NCBI GenBank assembly: GCA_040752695.1
Contig: JBFMGO010000118.1
Location: 1 to 18,125, forward strand
Source of the DNA: a bacterium
GTDB taxonomy: Bacteria > SZUA-182 > DTGQ01
Reading direction: 5' to 3'
Length of the DNA: 18,125 bases
The position numbers were made by a program, and so were the translations under genes. The notes under the pieces were generated by a model. That model made no database searches. It saw only the letters and a list, made by a program, of their open reading frames with translations, and was not told the DNA's origin. Shown here one piece after another: positions 8,374 through 17,347 of this stretch; position 1 is the stretch's first letter; every line of letters begins with the position of its first letter.

Positions 8374-8579
8374 GTGCTTGTTTCCTTATCTTTACGAGAA
8401 AGTGACACGGGCAAACCGAAACCCAACTGGTCTATTCATCATAACCCAATAACCTCTAATTATGCAAATAATAATCCTCCCCCCTCTGTTTCGTTTCTAT
8501 CCAAATTTGAACACCTTTTACTCAATCCTTTTCCTTAAAGGCAGTCAAGGCTCGATATAAGACAGGTGAGATGTCCAAA

Positions 8580-9773
8580 CTATGATGCATCACAAAAGGT
8601 CATAGGTCCGTTTTTGTCTTTAATAAGAGCAAGAATCTCCTTTAAATCGTTAATCCTCTCCTGTGCATTGGATGGGAATGAAACCGCATGCATCCATTGA
8701 TCACACCACGTGCAATCATTGCAGCCGATAGTGGTTTGAACGCAGGGGACTTGTCCATTGACGAATGGCACAATAAAGCCGTCAAGCAGTTCATTCGTGA
8801 CCTTGTAATGGCAAGGCTCTAATTTCCTGGACAGATAGATGTTCCATTCAGGAGAAGTCAAACCTGATTTTTCGATAAACTGCCAGATGTCGCCGTTAAA
8901 CTTTCCCTTGGCATATGCCCTTGCCATTTTAAGAATCCAGTCACTGCTTTGGGTTCTGCCGGCTAATTTCACATAAGAGACTCCGGCTGCAATGAGGTAA
9001 TGAACATCTTCAGGTCTAATCCATGGTGCTTTCAGAGTATAAGCCGGATTTGACAGCTTCGCTATCCCGCACAACGCGTGACACAGGTCAGGAGGGTTGT
9101 TTATTACTGCGCTGCCTCTTGAAATCGTTGCAAGATATTCCTGGTGATGGGGCTGAAGAATGCAATCCGGCAGGCAGCTTTCGTTTACTAAAACCGCCAG
9201 AGGAACAGTAAACTCCCGGTGGATGGCTTTTATGAGAGTGAAATTCCGGCTGCATCGATGGTCAAGCGTTAAGCGGTCGATATTTAAGTGATTTATTAAC
9301 TGACGGACTTTTTCGACAGAGTCGATTTTGCTGTTTACGCTGCAAGCAACCTCAAGGTCGGGAAACCACGTTTTCAGCTTGAGGGCCAGAAGGGGGATCG
9401 CTACGATGATGCAATCTACCCCGCTATCCACAAGTTTCCTGGCCTGGCTGTAAAGTTTTTTTTGGATTTGACCGTGCCACTCTTCCCCTCCCATCGAGAT
9501 AGCGTTCCACAGGAAAATAAACTTAATTCCGTTCTGATGCGCCTTTTCAATGTATATTTTATAATCTTCTTCCCGTGCCGCCAGGGAATTGCCCCCTCGT
9601 CCGGACCCTGTAAGGGAATATTTATCAGATGCATAGACTTCGGCTACAGGCAGTTGCGTATCATCCTCCTTGTTTAATTCACCTAAATCATCCAATAAGT
9701 TAAGATCCCAATTATAAGGAATCTCCAACCCCGTCTGCTTATAATAAGAGTTACTTTCCAAATCACTCTTCAT
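8580..9773 (-). CDS. U32 'peptidase' family protein (probable Fe-S enzyme) with C-terminal Cys cluster
   Basis: EVYAS, GSGR, WNA, LVNESCLPDC, C..C, WIRPED, KLAGRT, and C-terminal C-x6-CxxCxxC. SD AAGGGAG upstream. Confidence 0.85.
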   Translation of the reverse strand: MKSDLESNSYYKQTGLEIPYNWDLNLLDDLGELNKEDDTQLPVAEVYASDKYSLTGSGRGGNSLAAREEDYKIYIEKAHQNGIKFIFLWNAISMGGEEWHGQIQKKLYSQARKLVDSGVDCIIVAIPLLALKLKTWFPDLEVACSVNSKIDSVEKVRQLINHLNIDRLTLDHRCSRNFTLIKAIHREFTVPLAVLVNESCLPDCILQPHHQEYLATISRGSAVINNPPDLCHALCGIAKLSNPAYTLKAPWIRPEDVHYLIAAGVSYVKLAGRTQSSDWILKMARAYAKGKFNGDIWQFIEKSGLTSPEWNIYLSRKLEPCHYKVTNELLDGFIVPFVNGQVPCVQTTIGCNDCTWCDQWMHAVSFPSNAQERINDLKEILALIKDKNGPMTFCDAS

Positions 9774-10250
9774 TGTTATAGTCTCCCTTTCATTATCGAT
9801 AGCCTACACGCTCACTGAGCCTGGATATACAATCAGTGAATATTTCATCCTCTCTATTATCATCTATCATTACTGTGTGCCTTCTATCTTAAGCGCATAG
9901 GAATTTCCATCTCATTCAATCCCGCAGGATATTTTATTTTTTGATCATACGGCTTTTCGGGCGGTTTTAAATCCCCCTATAAAACTATCGTTTATTACAT
10001 ATTATTTTCTAAATTAATTACTAAATGTCATCTTTCAGGATCTTCTTCTGAATCGTATTTTTCTGCAAAAAACATGGTGTGGAAAATTATATGACTGATG
10101 GGGATGGAGTGATTAACCTCAAAAAAACAGAGCCATACATTATCTTAATCCCCCCAATAGCCTGAAATTCCCCAAAATGGCGTAAACCAGAGTTGCTGAA
10201 ATGGTTAAATTGAGAAATGCCGATCGCTTATAGATCATTAAATAAAACTG

Positions 10251-10259
10251 TGCTATAAT
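10251..10259 (+). promoter_or_regulatory. Extended -10 sigma70-type promoter element (TGnTATAAT) for the kinase pair
   Basis: tgctataat about 60 nt upstream of ATG 10319, in the AT-rich divergent intergenic region. Confidence 0.5.
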
Positions 10260-10318
10260 TATTCTAATCAGAGAGTAATAGATATAGTCATATTATCTTT
10301 TTATTGAATATAAGATAT

Positions 10319-12394
10319 ATGAAAATTTTAGTTGTTGATGATAATCAAGAAGATCTTGCTCTGCTGAAGGAGGTACTTTCCTTCTATGGTTATGCGACGG
10401 AAACTGCATCAAATGGCGTCGAAGCTCTGGAGAAAGTCTTACAAAATGGATTCGATATCATCATAAGTGATATTCTGATGCCCGGAATGGATGGATTTCA
10501 GCTCTGCCGGGCGATAAAAATGAGTAAGAAGCTGAAAAGTATAGCCTTTGTATTTTATACCGCCACCTATACCAGTCCTGAAGATGCGAAATTCGCTCTC
10601 AGCCAAGGGGCAGATGAGTTTATCCTCAAGCCTCAAGAGCCCAGGGAATTCATTGAAATCCTGAGAAAGATCATCAAAAGTCACGAGGCTGGAAAGATTA
10701 AAAGCGCGATTCAACCCGAAGAGAAGAGTGCTTACTTTAAGCATTACAGTGAGCGGTTGATCAAGAAGCTGAATGATAAACTGCAAAAACTTGAGATGGT
10801 AAACAGAGCCCTGGCTGCTGAAAAAGAGCGACTGGCTATGACCCTGCAGGCCAAAGAGCGACTGGCTATGACGATTCGTTCGATGAGTGATGTGGTCATT
10901 ACCACTGATCGCCAGGGCAGGATTGTCCTTATCAACGAAGTTGCCCAGGAATTTACAGGATGGATGCAGACAGAGGCTATTGGCAGATCCCTGCCGGAGA
11001 TTTTTTCTCTGGTCAATGAAAGGACCGGGAAGAAGTGTGAAGACATAGTGGAAAAAGTGATAAGAACTGGTCAGCATGTCGATTTGGATAACGACACTAT
11101 CCTGGTCACCAGAGATGGAGCGGTAAAGCGGGTTATTATTGCAGGTAATGCAGCTCCTCTGAAGGATAATGAAGGAAATATTACCGGCCTGGTTATGGTC
11201 CTGCAGGACGTTACCGAAAAGAAGAGGAGAGAAGAAGAGCTTCAGAAAATAAGCAAACTTGAATCGCTGGGACTTTTAGCTGGAGGTATTGCTCACGACT
11301 TTAATAATATTTTAACGATCATAGTCGGAAATATCAGTGTGGCCAAGCTGTATATCGATCCTGAAGATACGAAATTTCCCCTGTTGGATGACGTGGAGCG
11401 GGCAGCCTTATGGGCCAAGTCTTTAACCAACCGGCTCCTTACCTTTGCCAGAGGTGGAGCGCCGATCAGGAGAACTGTCTCTCTTGCACCCCTCATTAAA
11501 GAGTGGGCTCAATTTGCCTTGAGAGGTTCCAGGACCAGATGCGATTTTTCCATTCAGGAGAATTTATGGCCGGTCGAGATCGATGAAGGCCAGATGAGTC
11601 AGGGCATTCATAATCTCATCGTGAATGCCGATCAGGCTATGCCTGAAGGTGGAACGATTCAGGTGTGGGCAGAAAACCAAAGCCTTGAAACGGAGCGGAT
11701 CGTCCATGGCGTGGCCATACCCGCGGGAAGATATGTGGTAATTTCCATTCAAGACCAGGGGGTCGGCATACCCAAAGAGCATCTGAACAAGATATTCGAT
11801 CCCTATTTCACTACCAAAGAGACAGGAATCGGTCTTGGACTCACGGTCTCATATTCCATAGTGAAAAGACACGGCGGCTACCTTGCAGTTGAATCTGAAC
11901 CAGGAGAAGGAACAACCTTTTTTGTCTATCTTCCCATGTCAGTCAAGGAGAAAGAGATCAGGAAGAAAGTACCAGCCGTCCTGGTGGAGAAGAAAGAAAA
12001 ACCTTTGCCCGGAGAAGGGAAAATTCTGGTCATGGAGGATGAAGAGATGCTGAGAAGGTATCTTTATTCCCTCCTGAGCAGTTTAGGATATGAGGTTGTA
12101 TGCATCGGAAATGGGGATGAAGCGATAAAATCGTATCAGGATGCTCTGAAAGCCGGTCATCCTTTTGATGCAGTGATCATGGATTTAACTATCCCGGGAG
12201 GGATGGGAGGTGATGTCGCTATTCAGAAACTGATCGAGATCGATCCGGGAACTAAGGCCATTGTTTCCAGCGGATATTCAACGGATCCAATCATGACTGA
12301 TTTTCGGCAGCATGGTTTCAAGGGTTGCATACCCAAGCCATATGACATACAAACCTTAAGCAGGGTATTGCATGAGGTAGTCGATAAGAATTAG
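10319..12394 (+). CDS. REC-PAS-histidine kinase-REC hybrid
   Basis: N-terminal REC (ILVVDD, SDILMP, LKP), PAS (DVVITTD...QDVTE), canonical LAGGIAHDFNN, DQGVG, FDPYFTTK, GIGLGL, C-terminal REC (MDLTIPGG, PKP). Alternative start TTG 10304. Confidence 0.93.
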   Translation: MKILVVDDNQEDLALLKEVLSFYGYATETASNGVEALEKVLQNGFDIIISDILMPGMDGFQLCRAIKMSKKLKSIAFVFYTATYTSPEDAKFALSQGADEFILKPQEPREFIEILRKIIKSHEAGKIKSAIQPEEKSAYFKHYSERLIKKLNDKLQKLEMVNRALAAEKERLAMTLQAKERLAMTIRSMSDVVITTDRQGRIVLINEVAQEFTGWMQTEAIGRSLPEIFSLVNERTGKKCEDIVEKVIRTGQHVDLDNDTILVTRDGAVKRVIIAGNAAPLKDNEGNITGLVMVLQDVTEKKRREEELQKISKLESLGLLAGGIAHDFNNILTIIVGNISVAKLYIDPEDTKFPLLDDVERAALWAKSLTNRLLTFARGGAPIRRTVSLAPLIKEWAQFALRGSRTRCDFSIQENLWPVEIDEGQMSQGIHNLIVNADQAMPEGGTIQVWAENQSLETERIVHGVAIPAGRYVVISIQDQGVGIPKEHLNKIFDPYFTTKETGIGLGLTVSYSIVKRHGGYLAVESEPGEGTTFFVYLPMSVKEKEIRKKVPAVLVEKKEKPLPGEGKILVMEDEEMLRRYLYSLLSSLGYEVVCIGNGDEAIKSYQDALKAGHPFDAVIMDLTIPGGMGGDVAIQKLIEIDPGTKAIVSSGYSTDPIMTDFRQHGFKGCIPKPYDIQTLSRVLHEVVDKN
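10823..10872 (+). repeat. In-frame tandem duplication (20-nt identity, 30-nt period) inside the kinase
   Basis: aaagagcgactggctatgac at 10823 and 10853, encoding KERLAMT twice. Confidence 0.9.
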
Positions 12395-12462
12395 GGTCTA
12401 TCGTTTATAATTGATTTATAGGATACTGATATAAAAGCAATATTTGTATCCAGGGTGTAATA

Positions 12463-13632
12463 ATGGATAAGCAGGATAGAAAACAGAAAGAACGGATTGG
12501 TACGTATTTTGCCTCCCCGGAAAGGTCCGATAGTGCCAAGTTACAAAAAGAAATTTCTCTTGTCAGCAATAACGCGGTCATTGATGAATTGATGAAGACC
12601 GTAACCGGTCTTTTGGCCGTATTGGATGAGCATCGGCAAATCGTGGCCTTGAACGATACTCTCGTGAAAATGCTGGGGATCGACAATCCCGATAAGGTAC
12701 TGGGATTGCGGCCAGGGGAAGCCATAGGCTGTATTCATGCTCATGACATGCCGGGGGGCTGCGGAACAAGTAAATATTGTTCCACCTGCGGGGCGGCTAT
12801 TGCCATTGTTACCAGTCTTGAGAGCAACAAGGCTGAAGAAAGAAAATGTGTCGCCACGGTTGAAAAAAATAGTAAAAAAATAGATATATGCCTAAAAGTC
12901 ACATCTGCTCCGCTGACCATAGGAAAGGAGCGGTTTTTAATGCTGTTTCTCCAGGACATAACCTACCCCGAACGATGGGCTGCTTTAGAGCGCGCATTCT
13001 TCCATGATATCAGCAATACCATCAACGGTCTCCTCTGGATGAGTAAACTCATTGATCTCAAGAATGTATGGAAGGAAGATGAATTATCTGAAAAGCTGAA
13101 AAACAAAATACTTCAGTTAGCCAGGGAAGTTGAGATCCAAAAAATTCTTGCTCACGAGGATACCCATGAATACAGGCTTTCGATTGAGGAAGTTCCGCTC
13201 TCCCTGATCGTTCAGGAAATGCGGCAAACGTTCGAGAATCATCCCGCAGCCGCAGGAAAATCACTAATCTTCCCGGAACAGATCCCATCCCTGAATATCT
13301 ATACCGATGTCAATCTGCTTCTCAGAGTCCTGAATAACATGATTATAAACGCCCTTGAAGCGACGGATGAAGGTGATCCAGTTAAGGTATGGGTCGAAGA
13401 CCAGGATAAAAAAGCCATCTCTTTTTATGTCTGGAATAAAAAAGCTATTCCCGAAGATGTTGCCCGGAGAATCTTCCAACGTCATTTCAGCACCAAAAGT
13501 GGCGCAGGAAGAGGAACGGGAACGCATATCATGAAATTAATAGGTGAGCAGTTCCTAGGCGGAACTATTGATTTTACTACTTCCGAGCCGTGTGGCACGA
13601 TATTCCGGTTCACCCTCTATCTCCAGTGTTAG
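12463..13632 (+). CDS. Sensor histidine kinase with Cys-rich PAS-like input domain
   Basis: RPGEAIGCIHA...GCGTSKYCSTC, H-box FFHDISN, N-box NMIINALEA, IFQRHFSTK, GRGTGT. Confidence 0.88.
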   Translation: MDKQDRKQKERIGTYFASPERSDSAKLQKEISLVSNNAVIDELMKTVTGLLAVLDEHRQIVALNDTLVKMLGIDNPDKVLGLRPGEAIGCIHAHDMPGGCGTSKYCSTCGAAIAIVTSLESNKAEERKCVATVEKNSKKIDICLKVTSAPLTIGKERFLMLFLQDITYPERWAALERAFFHDISNTINGLLWMSKLIDLKNVWKEDELSEKLKNKILQLAREVEIQKILAHEDTHEYRLSIEEVPLSLIVQEMRQTFENHPAAAGKSLIFPEQIPSLNIYTDVNLLLRVLNNMIINALEATDEGDPVKVWVEDQDKKAISFYVWNKKAIPEDVARRIFQRHFSTKSGAGRGTGTHIMKLIGEQFLGGTIDFTTSEPCGTIFRFTLYLQC

Positions 13633-13868
13633 TTCACAATACATTCCTCAAGGCCCTCCGCTGGCGGGATCTCAATACACTGCAAGTACACAGCGCGGGA
13701 ATGACGAAGGAATTATTACACACTATTCTGGTCGCATATTGAGCGCGATGGGTACTAAGATTTATTGACCTGCTGCTTACACTTAATTTGGAGCAGTCCT
13801 GCTCGAAAATCATTCCCAAGAGCATTATCACTCTTTTTTGTCAGCCTCCCAATATCGTTTCCGCCCCT

Positions 13869-13947
13869 TGACTTTTGACTTCTGCATCCTGATCTTCCGG
13901 CGGATGGCTCTCGGCTTCCTGGTTCATAATTCCTGGCCGCTGGCTCC
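13869..13947. repeat. Degenerate heptamer array (TGACTYC/TGGCTCC-like)
   Basis: tgacttt tgacttc tgcatcc tgatctt ... tggctct ... tggttca taattcc tggccgc tggctcc; same family as 97-152. Confidence 0.65.
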
Positions 13948-14052
13948 AGCATCGGAAATCCTTGATCATGCTCATAACTTACACGCCTTACAGCCGATTA
14001 GTAGATTGAGCTTTGGCTAAAATCACAAAGACGAACCCGGGGGGATTCTTCT

Positions 14053-14550
14053 ATGAGAGAAAAGATAGTGTTGACTCTGGCGGCTCCTGTGCTTTTGCTG
14101 ATTATCATGAGCTGTGCCCATTCTATCAGCAGGGAGGCCAGGGACATGGCAGTTAATGACATCCCTTTTCAATGGATCGCTGAAAACCCTGGACGGTACA
14201 GGGGGGCTTTTGTGCTCTGGGGAGGGGAAATTATCAATTCACAGAATCTGGGTGATGGGGCTTTAATAGAGGTTTTGCAAAGGCCGCTGGGGTATTCTGA
14301 AGAACCGGACGAGACGAAAAATTCCTCTGGCCGGTTTCTGGTCTTGTATGATACCGGCATTCTCGATCCGGCCATCTTTCGAAGGGGGGTAAAAATCACT
14401 GTGGCCGGGATAGTGGAAGGTGAGAGGGTGCTTCGTCTGGGAGGTGTGGTTCAGATGGGAAAGGTGAGTTATGTTTATCCCTATATCATTGCCAGAGAAG
14501 TACACCTTTGGGAAAATGACAAGCTCATGAATCAATTCCCATACTATTGA
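14053..14550 (+). CDS. slp: Slp-family outer-membrane lipoprotein
   Basis: Signal peptide with lipobox IMS-C; VLWGGEII, IEVLQRPL, SGRFL, LDPAIF..G..ITVAG, YVYP, LW. Confidence 0.87.
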   Translation: MREKIVLTLAAPVLLLIIMSCAHSISREARDMAVNDIPFQWIAENPGRYRGAFVLWGGEIINSQNLGDGALIEVLQRPLGYSEEPDETKNSSGRFLVLYDTGILDPAIFRRGVKITVAGIVEGERVLRLGGVVQMGKVSYVYPYIIAREVHLWENDKLMNQFPYY

Positions 14551-14639
14551 TCCGGGCTTTCCGCGTTTGAAGCTCCTCACGCTTGTTTTGCCGGTCAGTG
14601 GCCGCAGGTTACTGAAATCTCGGCAGGCTGCTGAAACCT

Positions 14640-17297
14640 TCAGCGCAAATGTGCCGGCTGGAAGAAAATCTTCAACCCCTCAAAGAGGATGATGCTGAAG
14701 GCTGCGCCGCCCAGGCAGCGAAGGAGATCCTCCGGGCTTAAGGGAGCGAATTGGAAGAGGTTCCTCAGCCATGGCAGGTAAAGGGTCAGGCCGAGGAAAA
14801 GGGGAACGGTGCCAAGGATTATCCAGAGGGCTTTGTTTTTCCTGCGCAGGGTTTCGAACAGGCTGCTGCTGAAAGAGCGGTTGGTCAGGATCAGCGCCAG
14901 ATTGGTCAGAATCAGGGTAACAAAAGTCAGTGCCCGTGCCCGCGCAGCTCCCTGACCAAGCACGATGGTGTAAATAGTCGTAAGGAGTGCCAGAACGATG
15001 ATACCCTGAAGAATGCTCAAAAGGATAAGCCTTCGGCCAAACAGGGGCTCTTTAGGGTCTGGGGGAGGTCTTTTCATGATATCGCTCTCTTCCGGTTCTG
15101 CCTCAAAAACTATAGAACAGGCAGGATCAATAATCAATTCAAGAAAAACAATATGGATAGGCGAGAAGATCAGGGGCCAGTGCAAAAGCAGGGGGATCAG
15201 TGATAAACCGATGATTGGCGTATGAATGGCAAAGGTATAGACAATAGCCTTTTTGATGTTGTCCAGAATCCGGCGTCCCAGCCGCACTGCCTGAACGATC
15301 GAGGAAAAATCGTCATCCAGAATGACTAAAGAAGCTGATTCCCTGGCCACATCGGTTCCGCGCTCTCCCATGGCCACACCGATGTCCGCTGCTTTGAGTG
15401 CCGGCGAGTCATTGACCCCATCGCCGGTCATTGCCACGACTTCACCATTGGCCTTCAGTGCCTGAACCAGGTTGACCTTCTGTCCGGGCACCATGCGGGC
15501 AAAGACATTGACCTGTTTGATTTTCTCCCTCAGCTCTTCTTCGCTCATGCTTGAGAGCTCTGGTCCGGTAATGCACTGATTTGACAAGCTTAAGCCGATC
15601 TGGCGGCCTATGGCCTTGGCTGTAGCCGGATAATCGCCTGTAATCATCACCACCCGCAGCCCTGCCTCATGGCATTCCTTAATGGCTTGCGCTACTGCCG
15701 GCCGCGGCGGATCAGCCAGGCCGATCATTCCCAGGAACCGGAAATCAAAATCATGCTGGCTTTTTGGCATGTAACTCGCAGCGCCCCTGTGGCTGCTTTC
15801 AAACAGCGCCCTGGCCACGGCCACAACCCGCAGTCCCTCATTGGCCATGGATTCAGCTTTTCGGGCCAGATCCAGGTTCCGTTCCGGACTCAGGTGGCAT
15901 AAGCTGCAAATGGCTTCCAATGCCCCTTTGGCAGCGATAACATATTGGCTGGAATTAAAGAGAGCGGCAGTTCCTGTGGCAGGAGATTTCCAGACATGAG
16001 ACATGGCCAGAAGTTCCGGTGAAAGAGAATACTCGTGAGCAAGTATCCAGTTGGGATGGATATGCTCGGTATTGGCCAGGTAATACTCCCTCAACTGGTA
16101 AAAGGCTTTCTCCATGGGATCGAACGGACTGATCTCACTGGCTAAAACGCTGTACTCGATCAGGGAATGAAATTTTTCCGGTAATGACCGCTTCTGATCC
16201 TGGAAAGAGACAGGGAAAAATTCATCGTCCGTATACAGGGTCTTGACACCCATCAGATTCTGGGTAAGTGTACCGGTTTTATCTACACAGAGCACCGTAG
16301 CAGATCCCAGGCTCTCTATGGCGGAAACACGGCGGGTCAACACCCGCTTTCTCGAGATTCTCCAGGCACCCAGGGCCAGGAAAACCGTCAGGATGACCGG
16401 GATCTCTTCGGGTAAAATAGCCATGGCCAGCGTCAGTCCGGCCAGGATCCCCTCCAGCCAGTTGCCTCTGGTCAGGCCGTAGATGATAATAACCAGGGCG
16501 CTGATACCAGCTCCCAGAAGGGCCAGATCCCGGACCAGACGCTTGGTTTTTTGCTGCAGCAGGGTTCTCCCCTGTTCGAGCTGCTGCAAGGATTTGCCGA
16601 TCTTGCCCATTTCGGTCTGGGCGCCCGTGGCCAGGACTTCGGCTGCTCCCTGCCCCTGGACCACCAGGGTTCCTGAATAGACAAAGGGCAGATCGTCACC
16701 GCCAGGACTTCCCATGGCTGGCTTTTCACTACAGGCGGCTCCAGCCGCGATTTCAGGCGCTGCTTCACGGCTGATCTTCCTTACCGGTACGGATTCACCG
16801 GTCAGAAGAGACTCATCTATAGTCAGTTCATTGGCAGATAGAAGTATCCCGTCTGCGGGTACCCGGTCTCCCTCGGCAAGAAGCAATATATCCCCCCGGA
16901 CCACTTCCCTTCCCGGAATGCGTTTTTGCCTTCCGTCGCGGATCACCAGTGCCCTGGGACTGGCCATCTTTCGCAGCGCCTCAAGGGCCCGCTCGGTTTT
17001 TTGCTCCTGAAAGATGGTTGTGCCCATGATGACAACGACAAACCCAAGGAGCATGAAAGCCTCGTGGGGGTCTCCCAGCATCAGGTAAATCAAACCGCTC
17101 CCCACGAGCAGCAGGAACATGGGCTCTTTGATCACTTCAAGAGTAATTGACAAGACAGTGCGCCTTCCCTTCGAAGGAAGCTCATTATATCCCTCGGCCC
17201 TGATTCTTTCGGCTGCAACCTGATTCGATAATCCTTGAAAGCGCTGTTGACTGGCAGTTGATTTCATAAATAGCTGTTGACTGGTGGTTGATTTCAT
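14640..17297 (-). CDS. Cation-translocating P-type ATPase (P2-like architecture)
   Basis: TGES, DKTGT (16269-16283), KGA, DPPR, MITGD, TGDGVND, about 10 TM segments, TM4 PEEIP. Start is 17297 or the duplicated ATG at 17267. Confidence 0.95.
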   Translation of the reverse strand: MKSTTSQQLFMKSTASQQRFQGLSNQVAAERIRAEGYNELPSKGRRTVLSITLEVIKEPMFLLLVGSGLIYLMLGDPHEAFMLLGFVVVIMGTTIFQEQKTERALEALRKMASPRALVIRDGRQKRIPGREVVRGDILLLAEGDRVPADGILLSANELTIDESLLTGESVPVRKISREAAPEIAAGAACSEKPAMGSPGGDDLPFVYSGTLVVQGQGAAEVLATGAQTEMGKIGKSLQQLEQGRTLLQQKTKRLVRDLALLGAGISALVIIIYGLTRGNWLEGILAGLTLAMAILPEEIPVILTVFLALGAWRISRKRVLTRRVSAIESLGSATVLCVDKTGTLTQNLMGVKTLYTDDEFFPVSFQDQKRSLPEKFHSLIEYSVLASEISPFDPMEKAFYQLREYYLANTEHIHPNWILAHEYSLSPELLAMSHVWKSPATGTAALFNSSQYVIAAKGALEAICSLCHLSPERNLDLARKAESMANEGLRVVAVARALFESSHRGAASYMPKSQHDFDFRFLGMIGLADPPRPAVAQAIKECHEAGLRVVMITGDYPATAKAIGRQIGLSLSNQCITGPELSSMSEEELREKIKQVNVFARMVPGQKVNLVQALKANGEVVAMTGDGVNDSPALKAADIGVAMGERGTDVARESASLVILDDDFSSIVQAVRLGRRILDNIKKAIVYTFAIHTPIIGLSLIPLLLHWPLIFSPIHIVFLELIIDPACSIVFEAEPEESDIMKRPPPDPKEPLFGRRLILLSILQGIIVLALLTTIYTIVLGQGAARARALTFVTLILTNLALILTNRSFSSSLFETLRRKNKALWIILGTVPLFLGLTLYLPWLRNLFQFAPLSPEDLLRCLGGAAFSIILFEGLKIFFQPAHLR

Positions 17298-17298
17298 A
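17243..17298 (-). repeat. 30-nt-period tandem duplication of the ATPase start region
   Basis: gctgttgactggcagttgatttcata (17243) and gctgttgactggtggttgatttcata (17273), encoding MKSTTSQQ and MKSTASQQ. Confidence 0.9.
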
Positions 17299-17316
17299 GA
17301 TAATAGGGAACAGTCT

Positions 17317-17347
17317 CAAGACCTCCCTCCGCACAAGACTTCCCTCC
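17317..17347 (-). repeat. 17-nt-period duplication of a Shine-Dalgarno-containing motif
   Basis: Minus strand reads ggagggaagtcttg-tgc-ggagggaggtcttg. Confidence 0.8.

Noticed and set aside
8405..8430. c-di-GMP-I riboswitch-like GGGCAAACC...GAAA
   Set aside because: No downstream GACGCAAAG or P2 pairing, and it is antisense to the flanking genes.
8374..8579. T-box or lysine riboswitch before the B3/B4 gene
   Set aside because: No T-box GGTGGNACC motif or recognisable aptamer on the minus strand.
9804..9848. 14-aa minus-strand ORF (MKYSLIVYPGSVSV) as a precursor peptide for the U32 enzyme
   Set aside because: The SD-like GAGG abuts the ATG, and there are no precursor features, transporter or protease nearby.
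13568..14020. Short ORFs between the kinase and slp
   Set aside because: No convincing SD or motifs; partly translations of the heptamer array.
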